The translations under genes were made by a program, and so were the position numbers. The notes below the pieces were generated by a model. That model had not been told where the DNA came from. It was given only the letters and a program-made list of their open reading frames with translations, and did no database searches. A stretch of DNA of 59,279 nt, filler included. It is 2 parts of 2 records of this genome, joined end to end, with 100 filler letters (N's around TTAATTAATTAA, not from the genome) between each part and the next. Parts side by side here need not be neighbours in the genome. Positions count along the whole stretch, not along the records: positions 1 to 27,408 come from DRR378314_2373; positions 27,509 to 59,279 come from DRR378314_2379. The stretch is one strand, 5' to 3'. Below, one piece after another: positions 21,774-31,669 of this stretch. The stretch's first letter is position 1; every line of letters starts with the position of its first letter.

Positions 21774-22628
21774 ATGCTTTACTCCACCGCTCAAGAATGG
21801 CGTGACGCCCCGCGCCGCAAGGTATTGATCTTTGGCATGTCGGGGCTGGGCAAGACGCATCTGTCAGGGCTGCTGCGTGCCTCCGGCGACTGGTTCCACT
21901 ATTCCATCGATTACCGCATCGGCACGCGCTATCTGGGCGAAACCATCCTCGACAATGCCAAGGCCGAAGCAATGAAAGTCCCCTTTCTGCGCGACCTGCT
22001 GTTGTCCGATAGCATCTATATCGCGTCCAACATCACCTTTGAAAACCTGTCCCCCGTGGCCACATGGCTGGGTAAACCGGGCAATGCGGATCAGGGCGGC
22101 CTGCCGATGGCCGAATACGCCCAACGGCAAGAGGCCTTCAAACAGGGGGAGATTGCCGCGCTGATGGACACCGCCCATTTCGCGGATCGTGCAAAAACGC
22201 TTTATGGCTATGACCATTTTATCTGTGACACCGGTGGGTCGATTTGCGAATGGGTCGATGCAGATGATCCAAACGATCCTTTGCTGCGCGCGTTGGCGGA
22301 TGAATGCCTGTTGGTCTGGATCAAAGGCGATGCCGCCCATACGCAAGAATTGATCAAGCGCTTTGACCGTGCGCCTAAACCCATGGCCTATCAACCTGAA
22401 TTCCTCGCCCGTGTCTGGCAGGAATATCTGAATGAAAACAAATGCTCAGAGGATGAAGTTGATCCTGATGCCTTTGTCCGCTGGACCTATGCGCAGGCGC
22501 TGTCCCATCGTCAGCCACGTTATGAGTCGATGTCAAAATGGGGTGTCACCATCACCCCCGATCAAATCAGCGCCTTGCAGACTCAAAGCGATTTTGTTGA
22601 CCTGATCGCAAACACTCTGGATGTATAA
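21774..22628 (+). CDS. Uncharacterised P-loop ATPase/kinase-like protein
   Basis: N-terminal GMSGLGKT Walker A, HYSIDYRIGTRY, CDTGGS. Confidence 0.75.
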   Translation: MLYSTAQEWRDAPRRKVLIFGMSGLGKTHLSGLLRASGDWFHYSIDYRIGTRYLGETILDNAKAEAMKVPFLRDLLLSDSIYIASNITFENLSPVATWLGKPGNADQGGLPMAEYAQRQEAFKQGEIAALMDTAHFADRAKTLYGYDHFICDTGGSICEWVDADDPNDPLLRALADECLLVWIKGDAAHTQELIKRFDRAPKPMAYQPEFLARVWQEYLNENKCSEDEVDPDAFVRWTYAQALSHRQPRYESMSKWGVTITPDQISALQTQSDFVDLIANTLDV

Positions 22629-22715
22629 CCGCCTCGCCACATCGTGAGTGCTGCGCTCTTGGCAGTGCCACCTTGGCGGAGTATCTAACCCCTTCACAAC
22701 ACCGGACCTGATCCC

Positions 22716-23636
22716 ATGCCTATCAAATTGCCCTCCACCCTGCCTGCCTTTGACGTGCTGACGCGCGAAGGTGTGATGGTGCTGGACGAAGAACTGGCAG
22801 CCTCGCAAGACATCCGCCCGCTGCGCATCGCGCTGCTGAATCTGATGCCGAAAAAGATCCAGACCGAAAACCAGTTTGCCCGCCTGATCGGGGCGACGCC
22901 GTTGCAAATCGAACTGAGCCTGCTGCGCATGTCCGACCACCAGACCCGCAATACCGCTGCCGAACATATGGAGAGCTTTTATCGCCCCGTGTCCGAGGTG
23001 ATGGATGAGAAATTTGACGGGCTGATCATCACTGGTGCGCCAATTGAACATCTGGATTTTCAGGATGTCGGCTATTGGCAGGAACTGACGCGGGTGATGG
23101 AATGGACTCAGACCCATGTGCATTCCACCTTCGGGGTCTGCTGGGGCGGCATGGCGATGATCAACTATTTTCACGGCGTCCAGAAACACATTTTGGATCA
23201 CAAGGCATTTGGCTGTTTCAAACACCGCAACCTGATGCCGACCTCGCCGTATCTGCGCGGATTTTCCGATGAATGTGTGATGCCCGTGTCGCGCTGGACC
23301 GAAATGCGCCAACCCGAGGTGGATGCCCATGCCGGGTTGATCACGCTTCTGGGCAGCGATGATGTCGGCCCCTGCCTGATCGAGGATCCTGCCCACCGTG
23401 CGCTTTATGTGTTCAACCATTTTGAATATGACAGCGACACGCTGAAACAGGAATATGACCGCGATGTTGCTGAGGGCACACCGATCAATGTGCCGTGTAA
23501 CTATTACCCCGGTGATGATCCGTCACGTGCACCGACAAACCGTTGGCGCAGCCATGCGCATCTGCTTTATGGCAATTGGATCAACGAGATTTACCAGTCC
23601 ACGCCGTTTGATATGACGGCAATTGGCACCGGCTGA
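22716..23636 (+). CDS. metA: Homoserine O-acyltransferase (MetA family, probably acetyl)
   Basis: [21 protein letters not shown] nucleophile, HFEYD, WRSHA. Confidence 0.95.
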   Translation: MPIKLPSTLPAFDVLTREGVMVLDEELAASQDIRPLRIALLNLMPKKIQTENQFARLIGATPLQIELSLLRMSDHQTRNTAAEHMESFYRPVSEVMDEKFDGLIITGAPIEHLDFQDVGYWQELTRVMEWTQTHVHSTFGVCWGGMAMINYFHGVQKHILDHKAFGCFKHRNLMPTSPYLRGFSDECVMPVSRWTEMRQPEVDAHAGLITLLGSDDVGPCLIEDPAHRALYVFNHFEYDSDTLKQEYDRDVAEGTPINVPCNYYPGDDPSRAPTNRWRSHAHLLYGNWINEIYQSTPFDMTAIGTG

Positions 23637-23637
23637 A

Positions 23638-24609
23638 ATGAGGCGCGGCGTGATATTCCTGACGGTTCTGATCGCCGCCTTCATTGCGTTGATCCAATGG
23701 CGCGCTGCCGCCCGTGAGGCACAGGCCGAGGCGCTGACACCGCCTGTAGGTCAGATTCTGGACGTCAACGGGGTGCCAGTGCATGCGCTGGTCATGGGGC
23801 AAGGCCCGGATCTGGTGCTGCTGCACGGGGCCAGCGGCAACCTGAAAGATTTCACACTTGGATTTGCTGACCGTTTGACCGACCGCTACCGGGTGATCCT
23901 GCTGGACCGCCCCGGTCTGGGTTGGACCGGACGGCCTGCGGGCCATGGCGGGGCGTGGAACAACAAAGAGGAATCACCGCTGGCTCAGGCCGCATTGTTG
24001 CAGGGCGCTGCTGACCAGCTAGGCGTTGAAAACCCGATGGTACTGGGCCATTCCTTTGGCGGTATTGTCGCGCTGGCCTGGGGTCTCAGCCGTCCTGATG
24101 ACACTGCCGCTCTTGTGCTGCTCTCTGCCGTGTCGGAACCCTGGCCGGGAGAGCTGGGCTGGACCTATGGTGTTTTTGGCTCGAAATTGGGTGGTGCGCT
24201 GATGGTACCGCTGATCACTGCCTTCGTGCCCAAGCAGTTGGTGTCTGACAGCATCAATGCGATTTTTGCCCCCCAATCAGCGCCTGAAGGCTACGCAGAA
24301 CATATCAGCACCGGGCTGACCCTGCGCCGTGAGAGCACCCGCGCCAATGCCCAGCAAGTCAATGCCCTGCGCCCGCATGTGGTTGAAATGCAAAAGAACT
24401 ATGGCGCCCTGCACATGCCTGTCGAAGCGGTGCATGGTGACGCCGATACCATTGTACCGCTCAAGGTACATGCTGAGGTGTTGATGGGGGATATCCCAAA
24501 CGGCAAACTGACCGTGCTGACGGGCCAAGGCCACATGCCACAACATACCGCACCGGAGGCAGTTGAGGCCGCAATTGACCGCGCCGCCACCCGTGCGGGT
24601 TTGCGTTAA
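23638..24609 (+). CDS. Alpha/beta hydrolase with N-terminal membrane anchor
   Basis: LLHGASG, DRPGLG, GHSFGG nucleophile elbow, HGDAD, GHMP. Confidence 0.9.
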   Translation: MRRGVIFLTVLIAAFIALIQWRAAAREAQAEALTPPVGQILDVNGVPVHALVMGQGPDLVLLHGASGNLKDFTLGFADRLTDRYRVILLDRPGLGWTGRPAGHGGAWNNKEESPLAQAALLQGAADQLGVENPMVLGHSFGGIVALAWGLSRPDDTAALVLLSAVSEPWPGELGWTYGVFGSKLGGALMVPLITAFVPKQLVSDSINAIFAPQSAPEGYAEHISTGLTLRRESTRANAQQVNALRPHVVEMQKNYGALHMPVEAVHGDADTIVPLKVHAEVLMGDIPNGKLTVLTGQGHMPQHTAPEAVEAAIDRAATRAGLR

Positions 24610-24657
24610 GCCGATTAACATCCCATATAGAGTGTAACATTCTATTCAGGAGGCCCC

Positions 24658-25527
24658 ATGGACCTGCCCTTCGACGGCGCAATCAGCGCCTATTTCAACA
24701 CTGACGCGCCCGACGATATCCGCGCCGCCATCAAACGTGCCGATAAGGGTGACATTCTGTCTCCCAGCTACCCGCATTCCGACCGTATGGCGCGCAAGGT
24801 CTATGAGCGTGAAATGGCAAAGCTGCAGATCGAATTGGTCAAGTTGCAGGCCTGGGCGCAAGCCACCGGCACCCGCATCGCCTGTGTCTTTGAAGGGCGC
24901 GATGCGGCGGGCAAAGGCGGCACCATCTCGCGGTTTCGTGGCAATTTGAACCCGCGTTCCGCCCGCGTAATCGCACTTGCCAAACCCACCGAAACCGAAG
25001 CGACGGAGTGGTATTTCCAGAGATATATCAAACACCTGCCATCCGCCGGTGAAATGGTGTTCTTTGACCGCTCCTGGTATAACCGCGGCGTTGTCGAACA
25101 TGTTTTCGGCTTTTGCACCCCAGAACAACGCGCACATTTCTTCACACAGGTTACCCCGTTTGAGGAAATGTTGATTGATGACGGCATCCACCTGTTTAAA
25201 TTCTGGCTCAACGTCAGCCGCGCCGAACAATTGCGCCGCATGCTGGCCCGCGAAAGCGACCCTTTGAAGCAATGGAAACTCAGCAGCATTGATGTGAAGG
25301 GCCTCGCCAAATGGGACGCCTATTCAGATGCCATTGAGGAGACGCTGACGCGCAGCCACGCAGCCCATACGCCCTGGACCGTGGTGCGTTCCGATGACAA
25401 GCGCCGCGCGCGCCTGAACGCAATCCGCACTGTCCTGCATGCCTTTGATTACACGCGCAAAGACGAGAAAGCCATCGGGCAGATCGACCGGGGTGTCTGC
25501 GGCGGACCGGACATTTGGGATGCCTAA
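24658..25527 (+). CDS. ppk2: Polyphosphate kinase 2
   Basis: [34 protein letters not shown]. Confidence 0.96.
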   Translation: MDLPFDGAISAYFNTDAPDDIRAAIKRADKGDILSPSYPHSDRMARKVYEREMAKLQIELVKLQAWAQATGTRIACVFEGRDAAGKGGTISRFRGNLNPRSARVIALAKPTETEATEWYFQRYIKHLPSAGEMVFFDRSWYNRGVVEHVFGFCTPEQRAHFFTQVTPFEEMLIDDGIHLFKFWLNVSRAEQLRRMLARESDPLKQWKLSSIDVKGLAKWDAYSDAIEETLTRSHAAHTPWTVVRSDDKRRARLNAIRTVLHAFDYTRKDEKAIGQIDRGVCGGPDIWDA

Positions 25528-26137
25528 GAAGGGCTATCATCACGGCAATCTGCGTCAGGCTTTGGTCGACGCCGCGCTTGAACTGATCGAAGTGCGCGGC
25601 CCGATGGGTTTCACCCTGTCGGAGGCCGCAAAACAGGCCGGTGTCACGCCTGCGGCGGTCTATCGCCACTTTGACGGGCGCGAGGCGCTGATCGCCGAAG
25701 CGGCTGAACAGGGCTATGCGATTTTTGCCGACTTGATAGATTACGCCTATCAGTCCGGTCAACCCTCTGCGCTTAAGGCGTTTGAGGCAACGGGCCGTGC
25801 CTATCTTGCCTTTGCCCGAAAATATCCCGGCCATTATATCGCAATGTTTGAGAGCGGCATTTCGATCAACCGCACACCGGAACTGGCCCAGGTGGCCAAC
25901 CGCGCCAATGGTGTGCTGGAAAAAGCCGCCACTGACCTAAGCCAGCACATCCCCGAGGACAAGCGACCGCCCGCCTCGATGTTTTCTGCACATATCTGGG
26001 CCTTAAGCCACGGGGTGGTCGAACTGTTTGCACGCAATTCACCGGGTCGCGCCTCGCCTTTCCCGCCAGAGGATCTGCTGGAAACCGGGATCGGGATCTA
26101 TCTGCGTGGTCTGGGGCTGGTGCAGCCGGACGATTAA
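25520..26137 (+). CDS. TetR/AcrR family regulator
   Basis: [25 protein letters not shown]. Confidence 0.92.
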   Translation: MPKKGYHHGNLRQALVDAALELIEVRGPMGFTLSEAAKQAGVTPAAVYRHFDGREALIAEAAEQGYAIFADLIDYAYQSGQPSALKAFEATGRAYLAFARKYPGHYIAMFESGISINRTPELAQVANRANGVLEKAATDLSQHIPEDKRPPASMFSAHIWALSHGVVELFARNSPGRASPFPPEDLLETGIGIYLRGLGLVQPDD

Positions 26138-27129
26138 GCTAGGGCAGCCTTCAGCGTCTGCATCACCTCTGCTGCAATCTCCAGCGAGCGTTTGCGGGCA
26201 GCGTGGTCATGTATCTGACTGGTTAATATCACCTCATCCGGTTGATACCGGGCAATCAATCCTTGCAACTCTTCGCGTACCTTACCGGCGCTGCCGGTGG
26301 CCGAAACCGCCATCATCTGATCCACCGAGCGGCGCACCCCCGCGCCAATCACCGCGTCAATATCCTCTACCGGACGTGGCAATTTGCCCCTTGTCCCTGT
26401 ACGCATCCGCGCAAATGCCTGCTGCATTGAGGTGCGCAAATAGGCCCCTTCCGCATCACTCTCCGCCCCGAACACATTGGCGGCCAGCATGAAATGCGGC
26501 TTTGCCAGATGCGCCGAGGGTCTGAAGGTCCGTCGGTAAATCTCTGTCGCCTGTTCCAATGCATCCGGCGCAAAATGCGAGGCAAAGGCGTAAGGCAGCC
26601 CATAATGCGCTGCCAACTGCGCCCCGTACAGCGACGACCCCAGAATCCAGACCGGCACATGGCTGCCTTCACCGGGCAAGGCACGCACCTGTGCGCCCTC
26701 GCGCGGATCGCCCAGATACCCAATCAATTCAGTGACATCAGCAGGGAAATCATCACTGCCCGCCCGGCGCAGCGCATGGTAGACCGCCTGATCACCACCG
26801 GGCGCACGCCCCAGCCCCAGATCAATACGATCTCCATGCAGGGCTGCCAGGGTGCCGAATTGTTCGGCAATCGTCAGTGGCGCATGGTTGGGCAACATCA
26901 CCCCGCCTGCCCCGACTCGCATGGTCTTGGTATGGGCCGCCACATGGCCGATCAGCACGGCCGTCGCCGCACTGGCGATCCCCGGCATATTGTGATGTTC
27001 TGCCAGCCAGAAGCGGTGATAGCCCAGCCCCTCACAATGCTGCGCCAGGTCCGTGGTGTTTTTCAACGCCTGCGCAACTTCTACACCTTCCGGCACCGGT
27101 GCCAGATCAAGAACGGAATACTGCATCAT
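26134..27129 (-). CDS. Luciferase-like (LLM) flavin-dependent oxidoreductase
   Basis: [37 protein letters not shown]. Confidence 0.92.
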   Translation of the reverse strand: MMQYSVLDLAPVPEGVEVAQALKNTTDLAQHCEGLGYHRFWLAEHHNMPGIASAATAVLIGHVAAHTKTMRVGAGGVMLPNHAPLTIAEQFGTLAALHGDRIDLGLGRAPGGDQAVYHALRRAGSDDFPADVTELIGYLGDPREGAQVRALPGEGSHVPVWILGSSLYGAQLAAHYGLPYAFASHFAPDALEQATEIYRRTFRPSAHLAKPHFMLAANVFGAESDAEGAYLRTSMQQAFARMRTGTRGKLPRPVEDIDAVIGAGVRRSVDQMMAVSATGSAGKVREELQGLIARYQPDEVILTSQIHDHAARKRSLEIAAEVMQTLKAALA

Positions 27130-27197
27130 TTCACCTCATGGTTTTGCCATACCTAAGCATTGCGCATGCCAATCAAAACCCGCTGGCGGGTAAATGA

Positions 27198-27245
27198 TCT
27201 TCATCTTGGCGATAAACTCCGGGGGGCTGGGGGCTGGCCCTCAGC
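27198..27245 (+). repeat. Possible single copy of a short Rhodobacteraceae extragenic repeat
   Basis: TCTTCATCTTGGC...CTCCGGGGGGCTGGGGGCTGGCCCTCAGC resembles a dispersed element I recall from this family; only one copy here. Confidence 0.35.
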
Positions 27246-27285
27246 AGCAGCGCGACCCAAGGCCGCAAAACAGGGCATGAAAACC

Positions 27286-27314
27286 AAAAAGGGCCGCACC
27301 CAACGGCACGGCCC
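27286..27314 (-). terminator. Intrinsic terminator after rpsI
   Basis: Minus strand GGGCCGTGCC-GTTG-GGTGCGGCCC-TTTTT. Confidence 0.8.
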
Positions 27315-27338
27315 TCTTCAAAAAAACGAGTGTAAAGC

Positions 27339-27408
27339 TTAACGCTTGGAGAACTGGAAGCTCTTACGCGCCTTGGCTTTACCGTATTTCTTACGTTCCA
27401 CAACGCGG
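27339..27408 (-). CDS. rpsI: 30S ribosomal protein S9, C-terminal fragment at contig end
   Basis: Manual translation RVVERKKYGKAKARKSFQFSKR*. Confidence 0.95.
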
Positions 27409-27508
27409 NNNNNNNNNNNNNNNNNNNNNNNNNNNNNNNNNNNNNNNNNNNNTTAATTAATTAANNNNNNNNNNNNNNNNNNNNNNNNNNNNNNNNNNNN
27501 NNNNNNNN
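27409..27508. other. Artificial contig linker (N44-TTAATTAATTAA-N44)
   Basis: Symmetric N runs around a palindrome giving stops in all six frames; genes on both sides are truncated. Confidence 0.97.
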
Positions 27509-27703
27509 GACATCACCGCCACCGGAATGACATCACAGGAATGCGCCGACCGGTTGCTGTATGAAACCGGTGTAGTGGTAGAGGCAGGCAGTTTCTACGG
27601 GGCTGCGGGCGAGGGCCATTTACGGGTCTGTTTCGGCTGCGCCGAGCTGCCCGTTCTGGAAGAGGCGATGATGCGCATGCAACGTTTCTTTAACAGCGTC
27701 TAG
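27509..27703 (+). CDS. Class I/II PLP aminotransferase, C-terminal fragment at contig start
   Basis: DITATGMTSQECADRLLYETGVVVEAGSFYGAAGEGHLRVCFG...RMQRFFNSV*. Confidence 0.75.
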   Translation, partial: DITATGMTSQECADRLLYETGVVVEAGSFYGAAGEGHLRVCFGCAELPVLEEAMMRMQRFFNSV

Positions 27704-27718
27704 CGCAATTAACTGTCC

Positions 27719-28837
27719 CTAACTTAGGGTTTTTATTGCGGCAAACAATCGTTCCACATGATCCAGATTTGTCACATTCCCCGGTGACAGCCGCAAAATC
27801 CGCCCGCGCGCATCCACATGCAATTGCCGTTCACGCAGCCCGTTCACCAAACCCACAGGATCCACATCGGCAAGCAATTCCAACATCACCGATCCGCCCC
27901 TGTGCGCAGGGTCAACCGGTGTCGCCACCTGCATATCCAGCTGTTGCGCCGCCTCCAGTATCGCTGCGGTCAGCTTGCGGTTATGTGCGAGTAACCCCTC
28001 TTGTCGTGCATGCCATTTCAATGCCGGAACCGAACCGACACAGGCCAGAACCGATGGTGTGCCATGTTCAAACCTTCGCGCATCCGGCGCATATTCAAAT
28101 GCCTCCAGATCCCAAGAAAACGGGTTGTCCTGTGAAAACCACCCACGCAGTTGCGGCTTTACCTCGGCCAGCAAATCCGCGCGCATCTGGATGATCCCGG
28201 CACCCGGTGTACCGCACAGCCATTTCAATGAGGTCGATACAACAAAATCCGCCGGTGTCTGGGCCAGCGAAAAGGGAATGATCCCAATACCCTGCGTCAG
28301 GTCAACACCCACCAACGATCCCATCTTGTGACCATGTGCGATCATGGCATCCAGATCACAGCGGTGCGAAGAGGTTGAGGTCACAAAAGTCAGCAGCGCC
28401 AGCCCGACGCTTTCATCCCAGGCGGCCAGCATATCCTCATCCCGGACCCAGTATTCCCCTTGCCGCAGCGGCACGGTTTCAAGCGTATATCCCAGCCGCT
28501 CTGCCATCCCGTTCAACAGAAAATGCAGGGAGGGAAAGCAATCCGCCGCGATCAACACCTTCCTGCCCCGCAGGTGATCCGCCGGCAGGCCACCCAACAC
28601 GGAAAACAGCCCCGTTGTCACATTCTCGGCACTGGTCAATGTGCCCTCTGGCGCATCAATCAGGTCGCGCCAAAGATCCAGAAATACCGCCCGCTGCGCC
28701 AGAACATCAGGCCATTGGCTGTCATTCACGCCGCCCCAGGTCTGCGAAAATCCGTCGAGCGCCGCCGCCATATCTGTGGCTTTGTCAGGGTACATACCGA
28801 TGGAATGGTAAAGGAAATAGCCAGCGTCATCCGTCAT
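27719..28837 (-). CDS. Class V PLP enzyme, kynureninase-like
   Basis: YFLYHSIG, DLTQ, SLKWLCGTPG, GWFS, RFEHGTP, RGGSV, RLSP. Confidence 0.75.
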   Translation of the reverse strand: MTDDAGYFLYHSIGMYPDKATDMAAALDGFSQTWGGVNDSQWPDVLAQRAVFLDLWRDLIDAPEGTLTSAENVTTGLFSVLGGLPADHLRGRKVLIAADCFPSLHFLLNGMAERLGYTLETVPLRQGEYWVRDEDMLAAWDESVGLALLTFVTSTSSHRCDLDAMIAHGHKMGSLVGVDLTQGIGIIPFSLAQTPADFVVSTSLKWLCGTPGAGIIQMRADLLAEVKPQLRGWFSQDNPFSWDLEAFEYAPDARRFEHGTPSVLACVGSVPALKWHARQEGLLAHNRKLTAAILEAAQQLDMQVATPVDPAHRGGSVMLELLADVDPVGLVNGLRERQLHVDARGRILRLSPGNVTNLDHVERLFAAIKTLS

Positions 28838-28848
28838 GAAATCAGTCT

Positions 28849-29850
28849 CTAAATAGGGTTGTTTTGCGCATAGGTTTTGAAGAATGCCAGATAGGCCTTG
28901 TCAGGGTCGCGGGCAGCGGGTTTACCGGCCGCCCACGCCCGCCACTGCCCTTCAACGAAATAAATGTCGTATCCGGGATACCGCAGCTTGACCGTTTCAT
29001 AGGTTTCCGACCGCAAGGCCGCCCCTTTCGCATCCAGCCAGCTTGGCCGCGGGCGCATGCTTTCGGCCTTGGCTCCGACCCGCTCCTTGCGGCCCACTTT
29101 GGAAAACTGCAATTCGCGTTCAACTTCCGCCTCGCCACCCGCATCCTTGCGCCACCAGCGCAACTCGATATGGGTCACCCGCCGCCCGGTTTTGATCGGT
29201 TCTACCTCAACCACAAAATCCGAGAGCACCGAAACCTCCTCTACCGCAGGATCAATCGCCCGCAGTTTCAGGTTCGACCAAGAGGTCAGCTTGCCCTTGG
29301 GCACCCCCAAGACACCGCGCATATCCTCCAGCGAAAATTTTTCCGATGACCGCCAGCGCAGATTGCCGCGTTTCTGCACCATCTCGTACAGCGTGAGCGC
29401 GTATTTCGACGACAATGCAAACATCACCTCGCGTTGTAGCCGCGCAAACACCGTACTGTCCTTGATGATCCGGCGCAGCCGTTGCGGGATTTCATACTCC
29501 AGCAACCCGTCGCGCCGTGCGGTTTCAACGTTGCCGCCCAACAGCTGCACCCGCTCAATCGCCGGCTCCCCGTCTCTCATGATCTGGATTTTGACAATAG
29601 AGGCCATCAAACGTTCAATCGAGGCCCCGACCCTGTCGTTGGAATTATGCGATCCGCGCAGATCAGACTTGGCGATCACATGGGTCACGGGCTTCTCAAT
29701 CGCGTCCCATGCGTTCTCCAGCAGCTGGTTATAAATACGCCGGTCGGCCAGCGTCAGCGGTGTGACCTCAACCAGATCCACCAGCTCTCCGGGTTTAACC
29801 AATGTCTGCGCATTGGGTCGTGCCTCAACTGTGCGATAGGCTTTGCTCAT
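28849..29850 (-). CDS. repB: Plasmid replication initiator, Rep_3/RepB type
   Basis: LTLADRRIYNQLL, LSSKYALTLYE, LKLRAIDPAVEEV, KTGRRVTHI (Rep_3 winged-helix pattern); divergent from parAB. Confidence 0.88.
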   Translation of the reverse strand: MSKAYRTVEARPNAQTLVKPGELVDLVEVTPLTLADRRIYNQLLENAWDAIEKPVTHVIAKSDLRGSHNSNDRVGASIERLMASIVKIQIMRDGEPAIERVQLLGGNVETARRDGLLEYEIPQRLRRIIKDSTVFARLQREVMFALSSKYALTLYEMVQKRGNLRWRSSEKFSLEDMRGVLGVPKGKLTSWSNLKLRAIDPAVEEVSVLSDFVVEVEPIKTGRRVTHIELRWWRKDAGGEAEVERELQFSKVGRKERVGAKAESMRPRPSWLDAKGAALRSETYETVKLRYPGYDIYFVEGQWRAWAAGKPAARDPDKAYLAFFKTYAQNNPI

Positions 29851-29870
29851 ATCCTGCCTTACGTGCAAAA

Positions 29871-30133
29871 CTTACTTTTGTTGTTTTCTAGGTGTAAGCT
29901 ATCACAGGCGCAGGCTTCGGTCTATCACCCAATTTGTAAGCGTTAGATCAGGCGATTCTGCGCGAGTGATTCGTAAACCCTTGTTCCGCTAAGGAATATT
30001 ACCACGTCAAACCCACTGCTTGGCAGCCACCCTAAAAGTAAGTCTTGGACCCCATCCAATCTGTAATCCCAACCCTCCCTATCCGTAAGACAAGCGGCCC
30101 CGATAGGTAAGCCAAAACACCCCGAAAGGTAAG
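29871..30133 (+). repeat. Iteron array / replication origin: CACCC-N5-GTAAG-like units
   Basis: Units start at 29926, 30028, 30053, 30075, 30097 and 30119 (last four exactly 22 bp apart). An inverted CTTAC...GTAAG pair sits at 29871-29898. Confidence 0.8.
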
Positions 30134-30466
30134 CATTAGGCTCTAATTCGCCAATGAAACATAGGGATTTATACGGATGAACACAGAACACTAAGAATCC
30201 AGAACCAAATGGGTGTTTTCGATTTGGGTTTTTAGGTATTCTGAGTCCGGTAGAAGCGAGGATTTTCCCATTTCAACCGAAACCTTACAAAACGGGTGCT
30301 AACAACGAATCTGCGCCATTATTTCATCGGCTATCGCAGAAAAATTCGCATCTTCTGCAATCCTTCCCCGATTTCCGACTTTTTAGCGTTCCCAGCTAAA
30401 ATTTCACACTTGAGCCGCCCTGCTGAACAGTCCATGATTCGGGAAAACACATATCAGAGGCCCAGA

Positions 30467-31669
30467 ATGCAGCAGCCCGTTCTTCCCCCCGTCACATTAA
30501 CCGAACTTAGCAATCTCAGCGACCGTGCCAGTATCGTCATCGAAAGGCTGCGGGAACGCGTCTACGCCCCCGGCACTGCCAAATCGCTGGAACTGCGGTT
30601 CAACGTACGCAAAGCCGCCGAAATGGTTGGTCGCAGTGACAAACTGATCCGCGATGCAGAGGCCGATGGCCGCTTGCCCGAGCCTGAGAAGGACGCAGAA
30701 ACCAATAGGCGCACGGGGTATTCGCTGGCGCAGGTCAACACCATGCGCGAGGTGTTCGGCACCCTTCCCCATCGCAGTGCCGATGACCCGGCAATGGTTT
30801 TGGCAATCCAGAATTTCAAAGGCGGCGTCGGGAAGTCCACCATGGTCTGCCATCTTGCGCAATATCTGGCGCTGAAAGGCTATCGTGTCTGTGTGATAGA
30901 TTGCGACAGCCAGGCCAGTACCACCTCTATGTTTGGTCTGAACCCTGATGTGGATGTCGATGAAGATGACGACACGCTCTACCCGTTCTTTCGCCATGGT
31001 GGACCCTCCACCCTGAATTACGCTCTGCGCGCCACCTATTGGCCCGGCATTGCGCTGATCCCTGCCAACCTAGGGCTCTATGATGCAGAGTATGAATTTG
31101 CCGCCCGTATGGCGCGCGACAGCAGCTTTGTTCTGGATCGGTTGCGCGACGGGATAGAGTCTATCAAAGGGAACTTTGACGTTATTCTGATGGATCCGCC
31201 GCCTGCCCTTGGCATGCTGTCGCTCTCTGTTCTCAGGGCCGCCAATGCGCTGGTGATCCCTGCCCCGCCCAACAACATCGATTTTGGCTCCACCGCGCAT
31301 TTCCTCAAGATGATGGGAGCAACGCTGGATGAACTTGCCCGTGCCGGCGGGGCGCGGGATTATTCATTTGTTAAAATCTTGGCAACCAAGATGAACGACG
31401 GGAAATCTGCCCATGTCGCGATCAAGCGGATGATGGAGGCGGTGTTTCCGATGGATATGTTAAGTGCTGTGCTGAAGGATTCTGCCGAGATCGACAATGC
31501 TGCTGCCAACCTCTCAACGGTTTATGAGCTGACCGGGGCAGGCACGCGGACAGAGACCCATAAACGCTGCCGGGCTTATCTGGATGCGGTGAATTCCGAG
31601 ATTGAATTATTGATCCGCAAAACCTGGCCCAGCCACCACAGCGCCTTGCGCAAGGAGGGATTGTTATGA
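30467..31669 (+). CDS. parA: ParA partition ATPase (type Ia, N-terminal HTH)
   Basis: NFKGGVGKST, IDCDSQAS, MDPPPALG; N-terminal wHTH. Confidence 0.92.
   Translation: MQQPVLPPVTLTELSNLSDRASIVIERLRERVYAPGTAKSLELRFNVRKAAEMVGRSDKLIRDAEADGRLPEPEKDAETNRRTGYSLAQVNTMREVFGTLPHRSADDPAMVLAIQNFKGGVGKSTMVCHLAQYLALKGYRVCVIDCDSQASTTSMFGLNPDVDVDEDDDTLYPFFRHGGPSTLNYALRATYWPGIALIPANLGLYDAEYEFAARMARDSSFVLDRLRDGIESIKGNFDVILMDPPPALGMLSLSVLRAANALVIPAPPNNIDFGSTAHFLKMMGATLDELARAGGARDYSFVKILATKMNDGKSAHVAIKRMMEAVFPMDMLSAVLKDSAEIDNAAANLSTVYELTGAGTRTETHKRCRAYLDAVNSEIELLIRKTWPSHHSALRKEGLL

Noticed and set aside
22629-22715. SAM riboswitch upstream of metA
   Set aside because: I could not find the SAM-II elements (GATTT...GCTAAA) in the 87-nt gap.
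24606-24619. CtrA box before ppk2 (TTAA-N5-TTAAC)
   Set aside because: Spacer is 5 rather than 7, and the first half is the upstream stop codon.
27409-27508. TTAATTAATTAA palindrome and apparent plasmid integration next to rpsI
   Set aside because: Scaffolding linker flanked by equal N runs. Adjacency of the two halves is not biological evidence.
30028-30133. Regularly spaced repeats as a CRISPR array
   Set aside because: The 22-bp period leaves no room for spacers, there are no cas genes, and the position between rep and parA fits iterons.
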